Of a DNA stretch of 64,000 nt, positions 45,933 to 55,641 are shown one piece after another. A program made the position numbers and the translations under genes. The notes under the pieces were generated by a model that worked only from the letters and a program-made list of their open reading frames with translations, ran no database searches and was not told the DNA's origin. Origin of the DNA: Candidatus Anstonellales archaeon (GTDB lineage Archaea; Micrarchaeota; Micrarchaeia; Anstonellales; J096); contig JAWAFD010000002.1 in assembly GCA_038890745.1 (NCBI GenBank), positions 96,001-160,000 of the forward strand. Reading direction: 5' to 3'. Position 1 is the stretch's first letter, and each line of letters starts with the position of its first letter.

Positions 45933-48119
45933 TTATGCGATTCTATCTGGCAATGGCTCTACTCCTCTCCAAAACATGTTCGGGTTGCCAATTATAGCAG
46001 TGTATTTTGTCTCCCATGGCCATTTTTGTTCGAGCGGTATTCTCATTTTTTTGAAGTTCAGCTCAATTATTAATCTGTTTAGGAGCATCATTAGATGGTC
46101 TCTTTCCCCTCTTGCATCGGGCGTTGATGGTACACTCGCCAGTTTTTCTAATAGTTTGATTATTTTTTCTTCACTTGCCAGCCCACCGTTTATCTCTCCA
46201 CCGGATCTTACAAGGTCTGCTCTCAAGACTATGAGCACATACACGGCGACATCAGGATTTTTTGAATAGTTTTCTTCTAATATTTCTGCAACAATCCCTA
46301 CAAGACCTGTTTTGTTATAGTTTGTTCCGAGCGCAGAGCATAGGAACGCAACCTTTTTCATTAATTCGTAGTCTTTCTTCTCCTTTGCGTAATTATATAT
46401 TAAATTCACTGTTGAGACAAGATTATCCGCTTCTGCTTGTGTTAGGAGATTAGCTTTTGCAAGCCATGCGTAATATTCCGCTAAACCAGGATATGCCTTC
46501 TTTATTTCCTTATCCTCACTTTCCAACATTTTTTTGATCTCCTCAGGTACAACTGATGTTGTCGGTTTTTCATTTAGATTACCATTTTTATCAACTCCCA
46601 AGTTTGGTGAACGGTATTCGTTAGGTGTTGTACCGCTTTCTTTACCATACCTGTTTTTTCCTAGGATAATCAATAGATAGTTTAGAACACTTCCTGACCC
46701 ATTCCCCTCCTTTTTCCTATATTCTTCATCGGTTATTCTTTTTATCTCCTTTATAGTGACGCCCTCTATCCCACCTATATGATAGGTGAGGGGCTCTTTC
46801 TCATTGTAAAGATACAAGGCCTTTGCTGTCCCTTCTCTAAGTTCAACATTCTTGCTGTTTTCAAGTTGATCTATAAATACACCAACGGATTCATCAAAAA
46901 CATTTCTTCCGAGGGCTTCTGCTGCCGCGTTCCTTACATCTACTTTCTCCTTCTCGTTTTTGTATATATCAACCAGCTGCCTAAGATAGCTTGTTCTAGT
47001 ATTTTTATCCCCCACACACTCAAGAAGCCTTCCAAGAGCTTTTATCGCTCCTATCTTTTCCTCGTTATTGCTTGAACTTATTCTATCAGAAAATGTTTTA
47101 ACTGGAAGTTCCCCTCCTTTTACGATATATAATTCTGCAAGGACTTGATTCATAACTCCCTTTGTTTTTTCGTTAGCAGAGTTGTACTGGTTATTTATAT
47201 TAGTTATCATTGTATTAGCTTCATCAGGAGATATCCTGCCTTTTTTGATTGATTCTATAAGCACCTCTCCCATAAGCTCAGGGTAGTGTCCATTTACTAA
47301 TCTTGTGAGTGCTGCATCCCTTGTTTCTTTTGATTGTAGGATGTCTGTTTTTTCTATGGATTTTACAATACAAGTAATGATGTCCTTTCGGTGTTCATTC
47401 CTTAGCCTATTTAGAAGGATATCTCTCATTTCTGGATCCCCATTTATAAGATAGTAGTTCACTGCGATATCTAGATATGTTTTTATTTTTTCAACATTTC
47501 CTTCTCTGTCCATTACACCTGGGAGTGCATAAGGAGTTGACTTCATCATGTAGAGAGATTTATAGGCTTGGTTGACTACATCCTTATCTTCATCAAATAT
47601 CCTTTTGAGAATGTTTTCAGCAGCCGCTTTCGTATCAACGTAGATTGCTGCATCCATAGCACCTATTGCTATTATTTTGTCTTTGTCATTTATCGCATTC
47701 TCAACTTCCCTTGCTGCTTTTTTTGGGTCTACAAGAGCCATCCCTCTTAGAAATTCAACCCTACTCTCTTTTTGCAGTCCCCCGTTCTTCCATGCAGAGT
47801 AGAATATTGAATAAACATCATCAGCATTGCTTTTGTATTCATTGGAGTTTAGATCAAGATATCTTCCGCCCTTTGCATCCGCTGCAGTTTTTTCTATCGC
47901 TTTTCTTAACTCCTCTATCTTAACGCTTCCACCATCAATTGCTGTCTTAATAATTTTCCAGTAGTATTTTTGCTCGGTTTGTTCCTGGGTTTCGGTAGCT
48001 TGTTCGTTTGTCTCTGCGTGTAGTGGAGCTGGAGAAATTAGAGTAGAAGCAGTTAAAATAGAAATGAGAGCAAGCCTTGACCCACCTTTATTCCTAATTC
48101 TACCTAGATTTCCCCCCAT
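45933..48119 (-). CDS. Exported HEAT/ARM-repeat hypothetical protein
   Basis: Signal peptide ending PLHA; VRNAAAEALG, LREGTAKAL and IGAIKALG HEAT-like helices. Confidence 0.7.
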   Translation of the reverse strand: MGGNLGRIRNKGGSRLALISILTASTLISPAPLHAETNEQATETQEQTEQKYYWKIIKTAIDGGSVKIEELRKAIEKTAADAKGGRYLDLNSNEYKSNADDVYSIFYSAWKNGGLQKESRVEFLRGMALVDPKKAAREVENAINDKDKIIAIGAMDAAIYVDTKAAAENILKRIFDEDKDVVNQAYKSLYMMKSTPYALPGVMDREGNVEKIKTYLDIAVNYYLINGDPEMRDILLNRLRNEHRKDIITCIVKSIEKTDILQSKETRDAALTRLVNGHYPELMGEVLIESIKKGRISPDEANTMITNINNQYNSANEKTKGVMNQVLAELYIVKGGELPVKTFSDRISSSNNEEKIGAIKALGRLLECVGDKNTRTSYLRQLVDIYKNEKEKVDVRNAAAEALGRNVFDESVGVFIDQLENSKNVELREGTAKALYLYNEKEPLTYHIGGIEGVTIKEIKRITDEEYRKKEGNGSGSVLNYLLIILGKNRYGKESGTTPNEYRSPNLGVDKNGNLNEKPTTSVVPEEIKKMLESEDKEIKKAYPGLAEYYAWLAKANLLTQAEADNLVSTVNLIYNYAKEKKDYELMKKVAFLCSALGTNYNKTGLVGIVAEILEENYSKNPDVAVYVLIVLRADLVRSGGEINGGLASEEKIIKLLEKLASVPSTPDARGERDHLMMLLNRLIIELNFKKMRIPLEQKWPWETKYTAIIGNPNMFWRGVEPLPDRIA

Positions 48120-48182
48120 GTTCTCACGTTTTATAGTTATGCTGTTTAGTGTTTAAAAATGTTTCTATTTTTACTTGGTTTT

Positions 48183-48752
48183 CTATTTTCTGCAAAAAAC
48201 AAGATATGCCGTATGGAACAACCCAAAGTGTTGTGGTCGTGTTCCTTTCTCTCTTACCTCATACTCCCTTACTATGTTTTCCAGCATAAAAACCTCTTCA
48301 AAAATTTTTTCAGCAGCAAGATAGAACTCTTTTGCCTGTTCTATGTTTGGCAGATAGGCAACAGCGTATCCGCATTTTTTTAGAGAAGAGTAAACATTTT
48401 CCAAAAGCAAAACTGCTTCTGGCGTATCCAACGTAATCAAATCAACTTCTTTTTCCTCTATTCCCTCCTTTGCATCCTTTATCTTTATTTCAACATTCTC
48501 CAAACCAACCTTTTCGCAGTTTTTCTTAATTATCTCTGCGAACTCCCGCCTTCTTTCGTATGTAACTACTTTTTTTGCTATCCTGGCCAAACTTAAAGCA
48601 AGAAATCCGCTTCCCCCGCCGATATCTACAACAAAGCTCTCCCTATTCACGCCGGCATACGCTGCGATCATCCCAAAATCCTTTGGCAGGACAACAGCCG
48701 GACCTCTCTTAAGCTTTTTCAGAAAATCGTTAAGCCTTGGTTTTACTCTCAT
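48183..48752 (-). CDS. trmI: tRNA (adenine-N1)-methyltransferase TrmI-like, lacking the N-terminal domain
   Basis: KRGPAVVLPKD, DIGGGSG, YERRREF, LDTPEA, YLPNIEQ and TRP...HTAYL motifs. Confidence 0.85.
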   Translation of the reverse strand: MRVKPRLNDFLKKLKRGPAVVLPKDFGMIAAYAGVNRESFVVDIGGGSGFLALSLARIAKKVVTYERRREFAEIIKKNCEKVGLENVEIKIKDAKEGIEEKEVDLITLDTPEAVLLLENVYSSLKKCGYAVAYLPNIEQAKEFYLAAEKIFEEVFMLENIVREYEVREKGTRPQHFGLFHTAYLVFCRK

Positions 48753-49180
48753 TTTTTCCCGTACTCAATAAGCTTTTTTTCAAGTTTTTTATCCGATAGG
48801 GCAAGGATTCTTGCTGCTAAAAGGGCAGCGTTTTTTCCATTGTCTATTCCAACCGAAGCAACGGGCACTCCCGGCGGCATCTGTACTATGCTTAGAAGGG
48901 CATCCATGCCCATAAGTTTTGCGCTCACCGGCACACCTATCACAGGAACTTTTGTTTTGCTTGCGATAAAACCAGGAAGTGCAGCGCTCAATCCAGCAAC
49001 AGCAATTATTACATCCGCAAATGTTGTTTTTACAATTTTATCAACCCTCTCCGGCTCACGATGTGCAGATGCATACTCAACCTTGTACTCTATCCCAAGC
49101 TCATCAAGAACCTCTTCTATTTTTTTCACTATTTCTCCATCACTCTTGCTTCCTGCAACGATAAGAATTTTCTCTGCCAT
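48749..49180 (-). CDS. purE: N5-CAIR mutase / AIR carboxylase
   Basis: GSKSD, SAHREP, AGLSAALPG, PVIGVP and QMPPGVPVA motifs. Confidence 0.95.
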   Translation of the reverse strand: MAEKILIVAGSKSDGEIVKKIEEVLDELGIEYKVEYASAHREPERVDKIVKTTFADVIIAVAGLSAALPGFIASKTKVPVIGVPVSAKLMGMDALLSIVQMPPGVPVASVGIDNGKNAALLAARILALSDKKLEKKLIEYGKK

Positions 49181-49218
49181 AAGAATATCTTCCGTGTTGT
49201 TCTTTTAAACTTTTGTTT

Positions 49219-49266
49219 TGTAACTATAGTTACATTGGAACCGAAGTCTCCCCACCTTTTTAAATA
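49219..49266 (+). promoter_or_regulatory. Second copy of the palindromic operator, TGTAACTATAGTTACA, plus TATA box
   Basis: Palindrome 49219-49234, then TGGAACC, with TTTTTAAATA at 49257; spacing identical to the radA copy. Confidence 0.65.
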
Positions 49267-49294
49267 GAGGAAAGCTCACCACTCTGGTGAAAGC

Positions 49295-49402
49295 ATGAAG
49301 ATAGATGTCTCAAACCTCACCCCCCAAGAGCTTTATTCCCTTTTTGAAGGGGTTGAGCTGGAAATAGAGAATTTCGGAGGGAAGGTTATCCTTTCCCTCT
49401 GA
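49295..49402 (+). CDS. Small hypothetical protein, 35 aa (MKIDVSNLTPQELYSLFEGVELEIENFGGKVILSL)
   Basis: TATA box, GGTGA RBS 4 nt upstream of ATG, T-rich run after the stop. Confidence 0.6.
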   Translation: MKIDVSNLTPQELYSLFEGVELEIENFGGKVILSL

Positions 49403-49413
49403 CCTTTTATTTT

Positions 49414-49917
49414 TTAACCTCCTTCTTCTGTTAGTTTTTTATTCAACTTATACACAAACTCCTCAAAATCTATCTTTGCCTGTTTGCATGCTTCGGCTAT
49501 AGTTGTCCTCTTTCCAAATGCCTTCCTTACAACCGGGTTCTGCACTCCTTTTATTCCTGCCTCAACAAAGTCTTCAAGCAGCTGAGGATATTTTTCCAAA
49601 ACATCATAAAGTTTGTCGCTCGGCTTTATGTATTCCTTAACTTCAACGCGTGGCTCATGTATTCTCTCTCTTTCTCCGTATTCCGGCTTCTCGAAAACAA
49701 CCCTATGTCTTCCCTTCCCCATTTTTTTGATTGTTTCGCTTACCTCCTCTATTGATTCCTCTTCACCGAATTCATGGTACTCCGGTATTTTGTATTCTTC
49801 AGTTTTTGTTTTCCTGAACAAAATTCTGTACAGTACATATGCAATCAGGAGCACACCAAGAGCAAACGATATTACCGCTATCTCGCTTGCCACATAACCA
49901 CCGCTAAATTTAGACAA
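49414..49917 (-). CDS. Membrane-anchored protein with C-terminal DUF1858-like domain
   Basis: N-terminal TM helix; KLYDVLEKYPQLLEDFV..G...NP......TTIAEAC....ID. Confidence 0.6.
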   Translation of the reverse strand: MSKFSGGYVASEIAVISFALGVLLIAYVLYRILFRKTKTEEYKIPEYHEFGEEESIEEVSETIKKMGKGRHRVVFEKPEYGERERIHEPRVEVKEYIKPSDKLYDVLEKYPQLLEDFVEAGIKGVQNPVVRKAFGKRTTIAEACKQAKIDFEEFVYKLNKKLTEEGG

Positions 49918-49946
49918 ACAACATTTATAAACTTTATATATAACTC

Positions 49947-51272
49947 TTGATTATGTTCAAAAAAATTTTTTTTGCTCTGTTTGTCCTTTACATTCTAGTT
50001 TTTGCTTACTCTTTTATGACAAAAGACCTTCTCAGATCTCTTCCTGACTTTCCGGACACTGCGACAAGCATAAAGGTAGTTCGCGACTATGGTATTTTTG
50101 GAAATGTCCCAAATCTTCAATTCGGCGATTATCGTTTGTTTGGCTCAACTCCACCCGTGGTTCCTTTCTTAGGTTCACTCATTCCACTCCAGCCTCTCTA
50201 CTCGGCCGCTCTTCTTTCTATTCTGGCGGAATGCATAATCGCTTTTTTCATTCTCAAAAAATATCCAAACCTGTTTGGCTTCGCGCTTATTGCCATTCTC
50301 CTGATAAACCCATTTACCTCCTCATTATTCCCTCTTATGTGGAGGACAAGACAGGCATGGGCTCTAGTGTTTGCCATTTCAACATTTTTTTTCCAAAAAC
50401 CATGGCAGCAGTTTCTCCTTTCTTTCCTCGCTTTTCTCTCTCAGCCCATGACCGCCCTACTCTGCCTAGGTTTCAATTCTTTAAAATATTTTCTTAACAA
50501 GGAGTATGTGAAAGTTTTTATTTTCCTCTCAGCCCTTTTCCTCTCCATCCCGTTTATGTTCAAGCTTTTTACAACCATGCCGCTCCCCCCACACTACTAT
50601 GGCTGCCAGGGGTATTTCCTTTTTTCTCCGCCCCTTATTCTTTTCTACTCATTCATTCTTTTTCTTTCTCTCCATTCAATAGAATTTAGCCCGGTGCAAA
50701 AAGTTATTTTCATTTTCGCTCTTTTCCCTATTATTAACGCAATCCTTTTCTATTCCTCCCCGACACTCTGGCAGGTATTTCAGCTCCCGCTTTTTGCAGA
50801 CATGTGCATTGATGTTATAATCGTTCCTTTCATAGTTTTTAGCATATTCTCAAACAGTATAAAAAAACCATTCCACCTTGCCTGCCTGTTTCTCATCCTC
50901 TCCATCGCAGCCCTTCTCCTCCTTCCACCGGTAGCAGAGCTGAGCCTCCCGGATATAAACAACGCAAAGGTCGGAACGGTTGAATTTTTATCTTCGGACG
51001 CCTCCTTCTATCCTATCCACTCCTCCTTCCGCTACCCTTCTCTCCAATACCTTGCTTCAAAAAACATAACTTTTGCATGCACCCCCATTCCGCCGCAAAT
51101 AAGCAAAGGACCTGTTATGGAAAAGCTCGCCAGACTTGAATGCCCGGAGGAGCTAGACTATGCTTTTTTTGCTTTCTACGGTAGCGCTCCTCGGCCGAAC
51201 TATTCCTGCTCTACCGCTTCTGATGGAATAAGGACTATTTTCCTCTGCTCCTGTCGTTATGTTTTTAAATAG
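49947..51272 (+). CDS. Polytopic membrane protein (GT-C glycosyltransferase-like)
   Basis: About 11 hydrophobic segments; D-containing first loop followed by PP motif; start uncertain. Confidence 0.55.
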   Translation: MIMFKKIFFALFVLYILVFAYSFMTKDLLRSLPDFPDTATSIKVVRDYGIFGNVPNLQFGDYRLFGSTPPVVPFLGSLIPLQPLYSAALLSILAECIIAFFILKKYPNLFGFALIAILLINPFTSSLFPLMWRTRQAWALVFAISTFFFQKPWQQFLLSFLAFLSQPMTALLCLGFNSLKYFLNKEYVKVFIFLSALFLSIPFMFKLFTTMPLPPHYYGCQGYFLFSPPLILFYSFILFLSLHSIEFSPVQKVIFIFALFPIINAILFYSSPTLWQVFQLPLFADMCIDVIIVPFIVFSIFSNSIKKPFHLACLFLILSIAALLLLPPVAELSLPDINNAKVGTVEFLSSDASFYPIHSSFRYPSLQYLASKNITFACTPIPPQISKGPVMEKLARLECPEELDYAFFAFYGSAPRPNYSCSTASDGIRTIFLCSCRYVFK

Positions 51273-51293
51273 TTTGTTGTAAAAATTAGTTGT

Positions 51294-52532
51294 ATGGGTA
51301 ATAAAGTGATTGATGTATGGAGGCGCACCTGTAGGTTTTTTGGAGAACTTCCGCACTCAATTAAAATAGGAGCAGTTGGTGGTACCATCGCTGCTTTTTC
51401 TATGTTCAGTCCACTTGAGAGTAGGCTTCATGCCCAACCCGTACCAGAGGATAGCCTAAGGACGTACACCATGCCGGTCATAGAGGTAGTGGCCAGTAAG
51501 AAATTTGTTCCAGATACTCTATATGAATATAAGTATGATGCTGTAAAAGGTCCAATTACTATTCCCCGTACATTTCCGGATGTTCAGAAAACGGCGACCG
51601 TATTGTTGTACATCCGCGAAGATGTACGTCTACTTCTATCAGACCCGGCCTGTGTTGATAAGGAATATCTACAGAATGACCTTAAGTCATTGGATACTAC
51701 TATTACCCGTCTTTTGGATTTCGGATACATTGGAGAGGATGGAGTATATCATTTCAAAGGTGAGAATGACTCTGTAAGATTAGCAAATGCTCTACTTGCT
51801 CAGGAATATCTTAATAAAGATAAAAAACAATTTGTTCAGAATGCCCTCTCCGCCATGCCAACCCATCCACCAGGTATTAGGATTGTTCCAGAGGGAGATA
51901 ATGTTCCATATATTGTTAGAATCCCATTCCCGCACTATGTATCCACAAAATATCCAGAAAGTTGGGAGAGGCTTAATAGGGTTGCCGGTTTTTTTAATGT
52001 AAAGATGCCTCAACCTACTGAAGGAAAAGAAATAGACCAGCAACTAACTGATGTTCTTCATGCGTGGGAGAGAATACAAGAAATTGTAGATCCAATGAGG
52101 CCAAAGATTGACAGTAGTATTACTACTCCCCAGGAGTCCAGCAACTCTACCCTGTTTCTTTGTAATTTTTATAGGCGTCTTTATTATCCTGCTGGAATCC
52201 CAGCGAACATTCAACTTGTACTTGCTATAGATTCTGTGCGTTCCATCTATGAGGCAGGAAATGTTGATATAGAATGCGACCCGGAAGGAAATAAAAAAGA
52301 CAACCTAGAGGCTGTTCTCAAAAGAGAACTTGGGGATTCTGCTATCGTTAAGAGGGTTGTTGCTGCCTATGATTTTTTAAAACATAGCACTCAACAAAGG
52401 AACAGAAACGGAGAGTGGGTAAATGTTCCAAATGAAACGCTGGCGATATTTTATGCCCCAGAGGTTTACTCTCTTCTTACAGAAATAATTTTTCCTTATT
52501 ACAAAAAACGCTATCCAAATAGATTTAAATGA
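51294..52532 (+). CDS. Exported hypothetical protein
   Basis: Long basic leader and hydrophobic segment ending RLHA|QP; 412 aa. Confidence 0.65.
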   Translation: MGNKVIDVWRRTCRFFGELPHSIKIGAVGGTIAAFSMFSPLESRLHAQPVPEDSLRTYTMPVIEVVASKKFVPDTLYEYKYDAVKGPITIPRTFPDVQKTATVLLYIREDVRLLLSDPACVDKEYLQNDLKSLDTTITRLLDFGYIGEDGVYHFKGENDSVRLANALLAQEYLNKDKKQFVQNALSAMPTHPPGIRIVPEGDNVPYIVRIPFPHYVSTKYPESWERLNRVAGFFNVKMPQPTEGKEIDQQLTDVLHAWERIQEIVDPMRPKIDSSITTPQESSNSTLFLCNFYRRLYYPAGIPANIQLVLAIDSVRSIYEAGNVDIECDPEGNKKDNLEAVLKRELGDSAIVKRVVAAYDFLKHSTQQRNRNGEWVNVPNETLAIFYAPEVYSLLTEIIFPYYKKRYPNRFK

Positions 52533-52543
52533 TAAAAAATGAT

Positions 52544-53977
52544 TTATTTTTGTTCCTTTTTTTCCAGATGCGCGTTTATTACCGTTAAAACATTGTCATC
52601 AGTTGGCTCTATTTCGTATCCGCCCATAACATCAAAATACCTGGATAACTTTTCTAAGACTTCTTTCTTTTTTGATATCTCTGTTATTTCATTTAATCTT
52701 GAATATGATTTGGGATAGTATAACTTTAGATTTTTTAGAGTTTTCCAGGCAGGACCGACCTCTGCCAACTCTATATTTTCTCTTTCATCAGCTCCAAATT
52801 TTTCAGCGTTTTGGAAGCATCTGAGTGCTTCTTCGTACTCCCCACTTTCCAATGCTTGTGTACCTTTTTCGTGATAGTATGTTGTCGCCGCTGTTATTAC
52901 TATACTTTCTTCGCATCCTTCCTCATCAGTGTTTCTACTACCTATCCTATTTATTATATCATTTATTTCATTCTCTAAGGATATTTTTTCCTTTAAGTAT
53001 TCTTTAACAGTTTTTCCAGTTCCTTTTACAGGTCTTTCCCCAACAGGGATTTTTAGATTTTCTATTCTCTTTAAATCCTTTTCAACATTTTTACCGTACT
53101 CACCTGCTCTTTTGTAATTTTTCTCTGCTTCCTCATAATTTCCTTCTTCTTCGGCTTTTTTCCCTTTCCCATAATATTCCTCTGCAAGTTTTTCACGTAT
53201 TCTTTTAATATTATCCTTTTCCTTGTTTCCATATTTTTCTGATTTCTCTAGGAATTTCAATGCCAATTCGTACTCCCCCTGACTTTCATAGTTTATCCCG
53301 GCATTATGATAGGCTCTTCCGATATATATTGCGATATCATATTCACTTACTGTATCTTTTTTAACTTCTTCTTGCATCCAGCTTAAAATTGCTTTTCTTA
53401 CTGTAGTGTCTTTTTTGGTTTCTTCTCCAAAAGGACCTTTTTCCACCCTATCAAATAAAGGGATGTATGCAGAATCAAGGAATTCACCGACAGTTGTAAT
53501 CCTAATTTTCTTTGCCCACTCCGAGACCGGAATTATTGGTCTTTCCCCAACTAATAATGGGCGCTGGGTTTTTTCCACCTGCGGCGCAGTTTGCTGGTTT
53601 TGTTTCTGTCCATCTCTTTTTTCACTTCCTTCAGGCCTTGCTTCAGGTTCTCCTGGTTTTATCTGGCATTCAGTTTGTGTCTTACCACTTCCCGTACCTC
53701 CGCTCTGTCCTAAAATAGTGACTTTAAAACCATCTGCGGCTAGGTATGGACCACCATACTTTACTGCGGCTTCATTGTATCTATACACGTAGGGATAGGT
53801 GCTCCTGCCGTCATACAATGCAGCCATTATACTATCAACAAGTGGAACAAGCGAATCAGGAAGGTTCTGCCTGAGGGTGTAAAGCCTTTCCACGCTCCCA
53901 TACCTAGTCACATACTCGCTCTCTCCTGAACTGGCACCTGCAGCTAAAATCCCCCCCAGAATCAAAAGTTTTCTCAT
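52544..53977 (-). CDS. Exported TPR-repeat protein
   Basis: Signal peptide MRKLLILGGILAAGA; three TPR-like units (YHNAG...GEYELAL, YYGKG...GNYEEAE, YHEKG...GEYEEAL). Confidence 0.7.
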   Translation of the reverse strand: MRKLLILGGILAAGASSGESEYVTRYGSVERLYTLRQNLPDSLVPLVDSIMAALYDGRSTYPYVYRYNEAAVKYGGPYLAADGFKVTILGQSGGTGSGKTQTECQIKPGEPEARPEGSEKRDGQKQNQQTAPQVEKTQRPLLVGERPIIPVSEWAKKIRITTVGEFLDSAYIPLFDRVEKGPFGEETKKDTTVRKAILSWMQEEVKKDTVSEYDIAIYIGRAYHNAGINYESQGEYELALKFLEKSEKYGNKEKDNIKRIREKLAEEYYGKGKKAEEEGNYEEAEKNYKRAGEYGKNVEKDLKRIENLKIPVGERPVKGTGKTVKEYLKEKISLENEINDIINRIGSRNTDEEGCEESIVITAATTYYHEKGTQALESGEYEEALRCFQNAEKFGADERENIELAEVGPAWKTLKNLKLYYPKSYSRLNEITEISKKKEVLEKLSRYFDVMGGYEIEPTDDNVLTVINAHLEKKEQK

Positions 53978-54048
53978 AATGTTTACTTTTTTGTTATAAA
54001 GTGTTTTTAAACCTTAAGGTTTTTAACTTTTGGCTAAAAAAAACAACC

Positions 54049-54936
54049 ATGCTCCAAACAACCCTGTTTGGAAAAAAGCTGAAAAACCCATTCATTCTAG
54101 CATCCGGAATCCTTGGTTCAGCAGCATCCACTTTAATAGAAATTTCAAAGCAGGCAGGAGCGGTTACATGCAAATCCGTAAGCAAAGATCCTATAAAAGG
54201 GCATGAAAACCCAACCGTTCTTGCAGAAGAGTATGTAATAAATGCAGTTGGTTTGAGCAACCCAGGGGTGCATGATTTTGAGGAGGAGCTTGAGAAGGCA
54301 ATAAAGAATGCACACTCACCGGTGATAGTAAGCATAGTTGGAAAAACAAAAGAAGAGTTTGTGTATGTTGCAGAGCGCCTGAACAAACTAAAACCATTTG
54401 CGTTTGAGCTGAACCTCTCCTGTCCAAATGTTGGAGGAAAGATAATCTCAACAGACCCAAACCAAACAGCAGAGATAGTTCGCGCAGTAAAAGAGGTTTC
54501 AAGGGTTCCTGTTCTTGCAAAACTAACCCCAAACGTTTCAGAAATTTCTGAGATTGCAAAAGCAGCAGAGGATGCGGGTGCAGATGGCATCACTGCTATA
54601 AACACACCAAAAGCGATGATAATAGATGCAAGGGCAAGGATGCCCATCCTCACAAACAAATTCGGCGGGCTCTCTGGAAAATACATAAAACCCATCGCTC
54701 TTGCAAAGGTTTATGAGATAAGAAGAGCAGTAAGGATTCCGATAATTGGGGTTGGTGGGATTACAACCGGAATGGATGCAGCAGAGATGCTCATGGCAGG
54801 AGCGAATGCAGTTGGAATCGGCTCAGCATTCTACTACCGTGGATATAATGCAATCTCCCAGATAGCAAAGGAGCTTGAGGAGTTTATGAAAAGGGAAGGG
54901 TACAAAAAAATTGAGGATATAAAGATGAAAACATGA
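54049..54936 (+). CDS. pyrD: Dihydroorotate dehydrogenase (family 1B catalytic subunit)
   Basis: NPFILASG, NAVGLSNPG, ELNLSCPN, KLTPN, GGLSG..IKP and GVGGI motifs. Confidence 0.95.
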   Translation: MLQTTLFGKKLKNPFILASGILGSAASTLIEISKQAGAVTCKSVSKDPIKGHENPTVLAEEYVINAVGLSNPGVHDFEEELEKAIKNAHSPVIVSIVGKTKEEFVYVAERLNKLKPFAFELNLSCPNVGGKIISTDPNQTAEIVRAVKEVSRVPVLAKLTPNVSEISEIAKAAEDAGADGITAINTPKAMIIDARARMPILTNKFGGLSGKYIKPIALAKVYEIRRAVRIPIIGVGGITTGMDAAEMLMAGANAVGIGSAFYYRGYNAISQIAKELEEFMKREGYKKIEDIKMKT

Positions 54937-55640
54937 TGTATGAAGTTTTTACTCTAAAAAATAAAGTCATGCTGAACGAAAACACAGCGAGGCTTGTTTT
55001 TGATAGAAAAATAAAGGCAGAGCCAGGCCAATTTGTCCTCGTTTGGCTTCCTGGCGTGGGAGAGAAACCATACGGCGTTGCGGATGATTCCCCGTTCACA
55101 CTCATAGTAAAGGATGTAGGGAAGGTAAGCCATTCTCTTGTTTCCTTAAAAAAAGGACAAAGGGTGTTTGTCCGAGGCCCTTTTGGGAGAGGGTTTGAGA
55201 TTAAAAAAGGAAACGGAATAGGGGTTGTTGGTGGATACGGGCTTGCACCGGTTGGTTTCTTGGCAAAGAAAACAAAGATAAAGCTCCTCATCGGTGCGAA
55301 AACAAAGGAGGATTTGATTTTTGTAAAAGAAAAAAGCGCGGAGTATTCAACGAATGATGGGACATACGGCCACAGGGGGTTTGTCACAGACCTTCTTGAA
55401 AAGGAGCTTAAAACAAGAAAGTACAGGAATGTTTATGCGTGCGGTCCAGAGCCCATGCTCGTCGGAGTTGGAAAGCTTTCAGAAAAGTATGGAATAAACG
55501 CCCAGCTTCTTACAGAAAGGCATATGAAATGCGGGATAGGGATATGTGGAAGCTGCGCTCTTGGTGGAAAGCTAGTGTGCAAGCATGGGCCGATGTTCTA
55601 CTGGAGCGAGTTGAAAAACAAAGAGGATTTTGGGAAATAA
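54933..55640 (+). CDS. pyrK: Dihydroorotate dehydrogenase electron transfer subunit
   Basis: PGQF, RGPFGRGF, GGYGLAP, CGPEPM and MKCGIGICGSC...VCKHGP motifs. Confidence 0.93.
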   Translation: MMYEVFTLKNKVMLNENTARLVFDRKIKAEPGQFVLVWLPGVGEKPYGVADDSPFTLIVKDVGKVSHSLVSLKKGQRVFVRGPFGRGFEIKKGNGIGVVGGYGLAPVGFLAKKTKIKLLIGAKTKEDLIFVKEKSAEYSTNDGTYGHRGFVTDLLEKELKTRKYRNVYACGPEPMLVGVGKLSEKYGINAQLLTERHMKCGIGICGSCALGGKLVCKHGPMFYWSELKNKEDFGK

Positions 55641-55641
55641 A

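Noticed and set aside
45933..48119. tRNA-integrated island carrying the HEAT-repeat gene
   Set aside because: The gene lies on the 5' side of the tRNA; no duplicated tRNA 3' end or integrase was found
49261..49300. RNase P RNA suggested by GAGGAAAGCTC
   Set aside because: No matching 3' P4 strand and no room for a GC-rich ~300-nt RNA; the region fits a promoter plus small ORF better
51260..54011. Direct repeats (tgtttttaaa) flanking the two orphan genes
   Set aside because: Only 10 bp, AT-rich and TATA-like, so expected by chance at promoters
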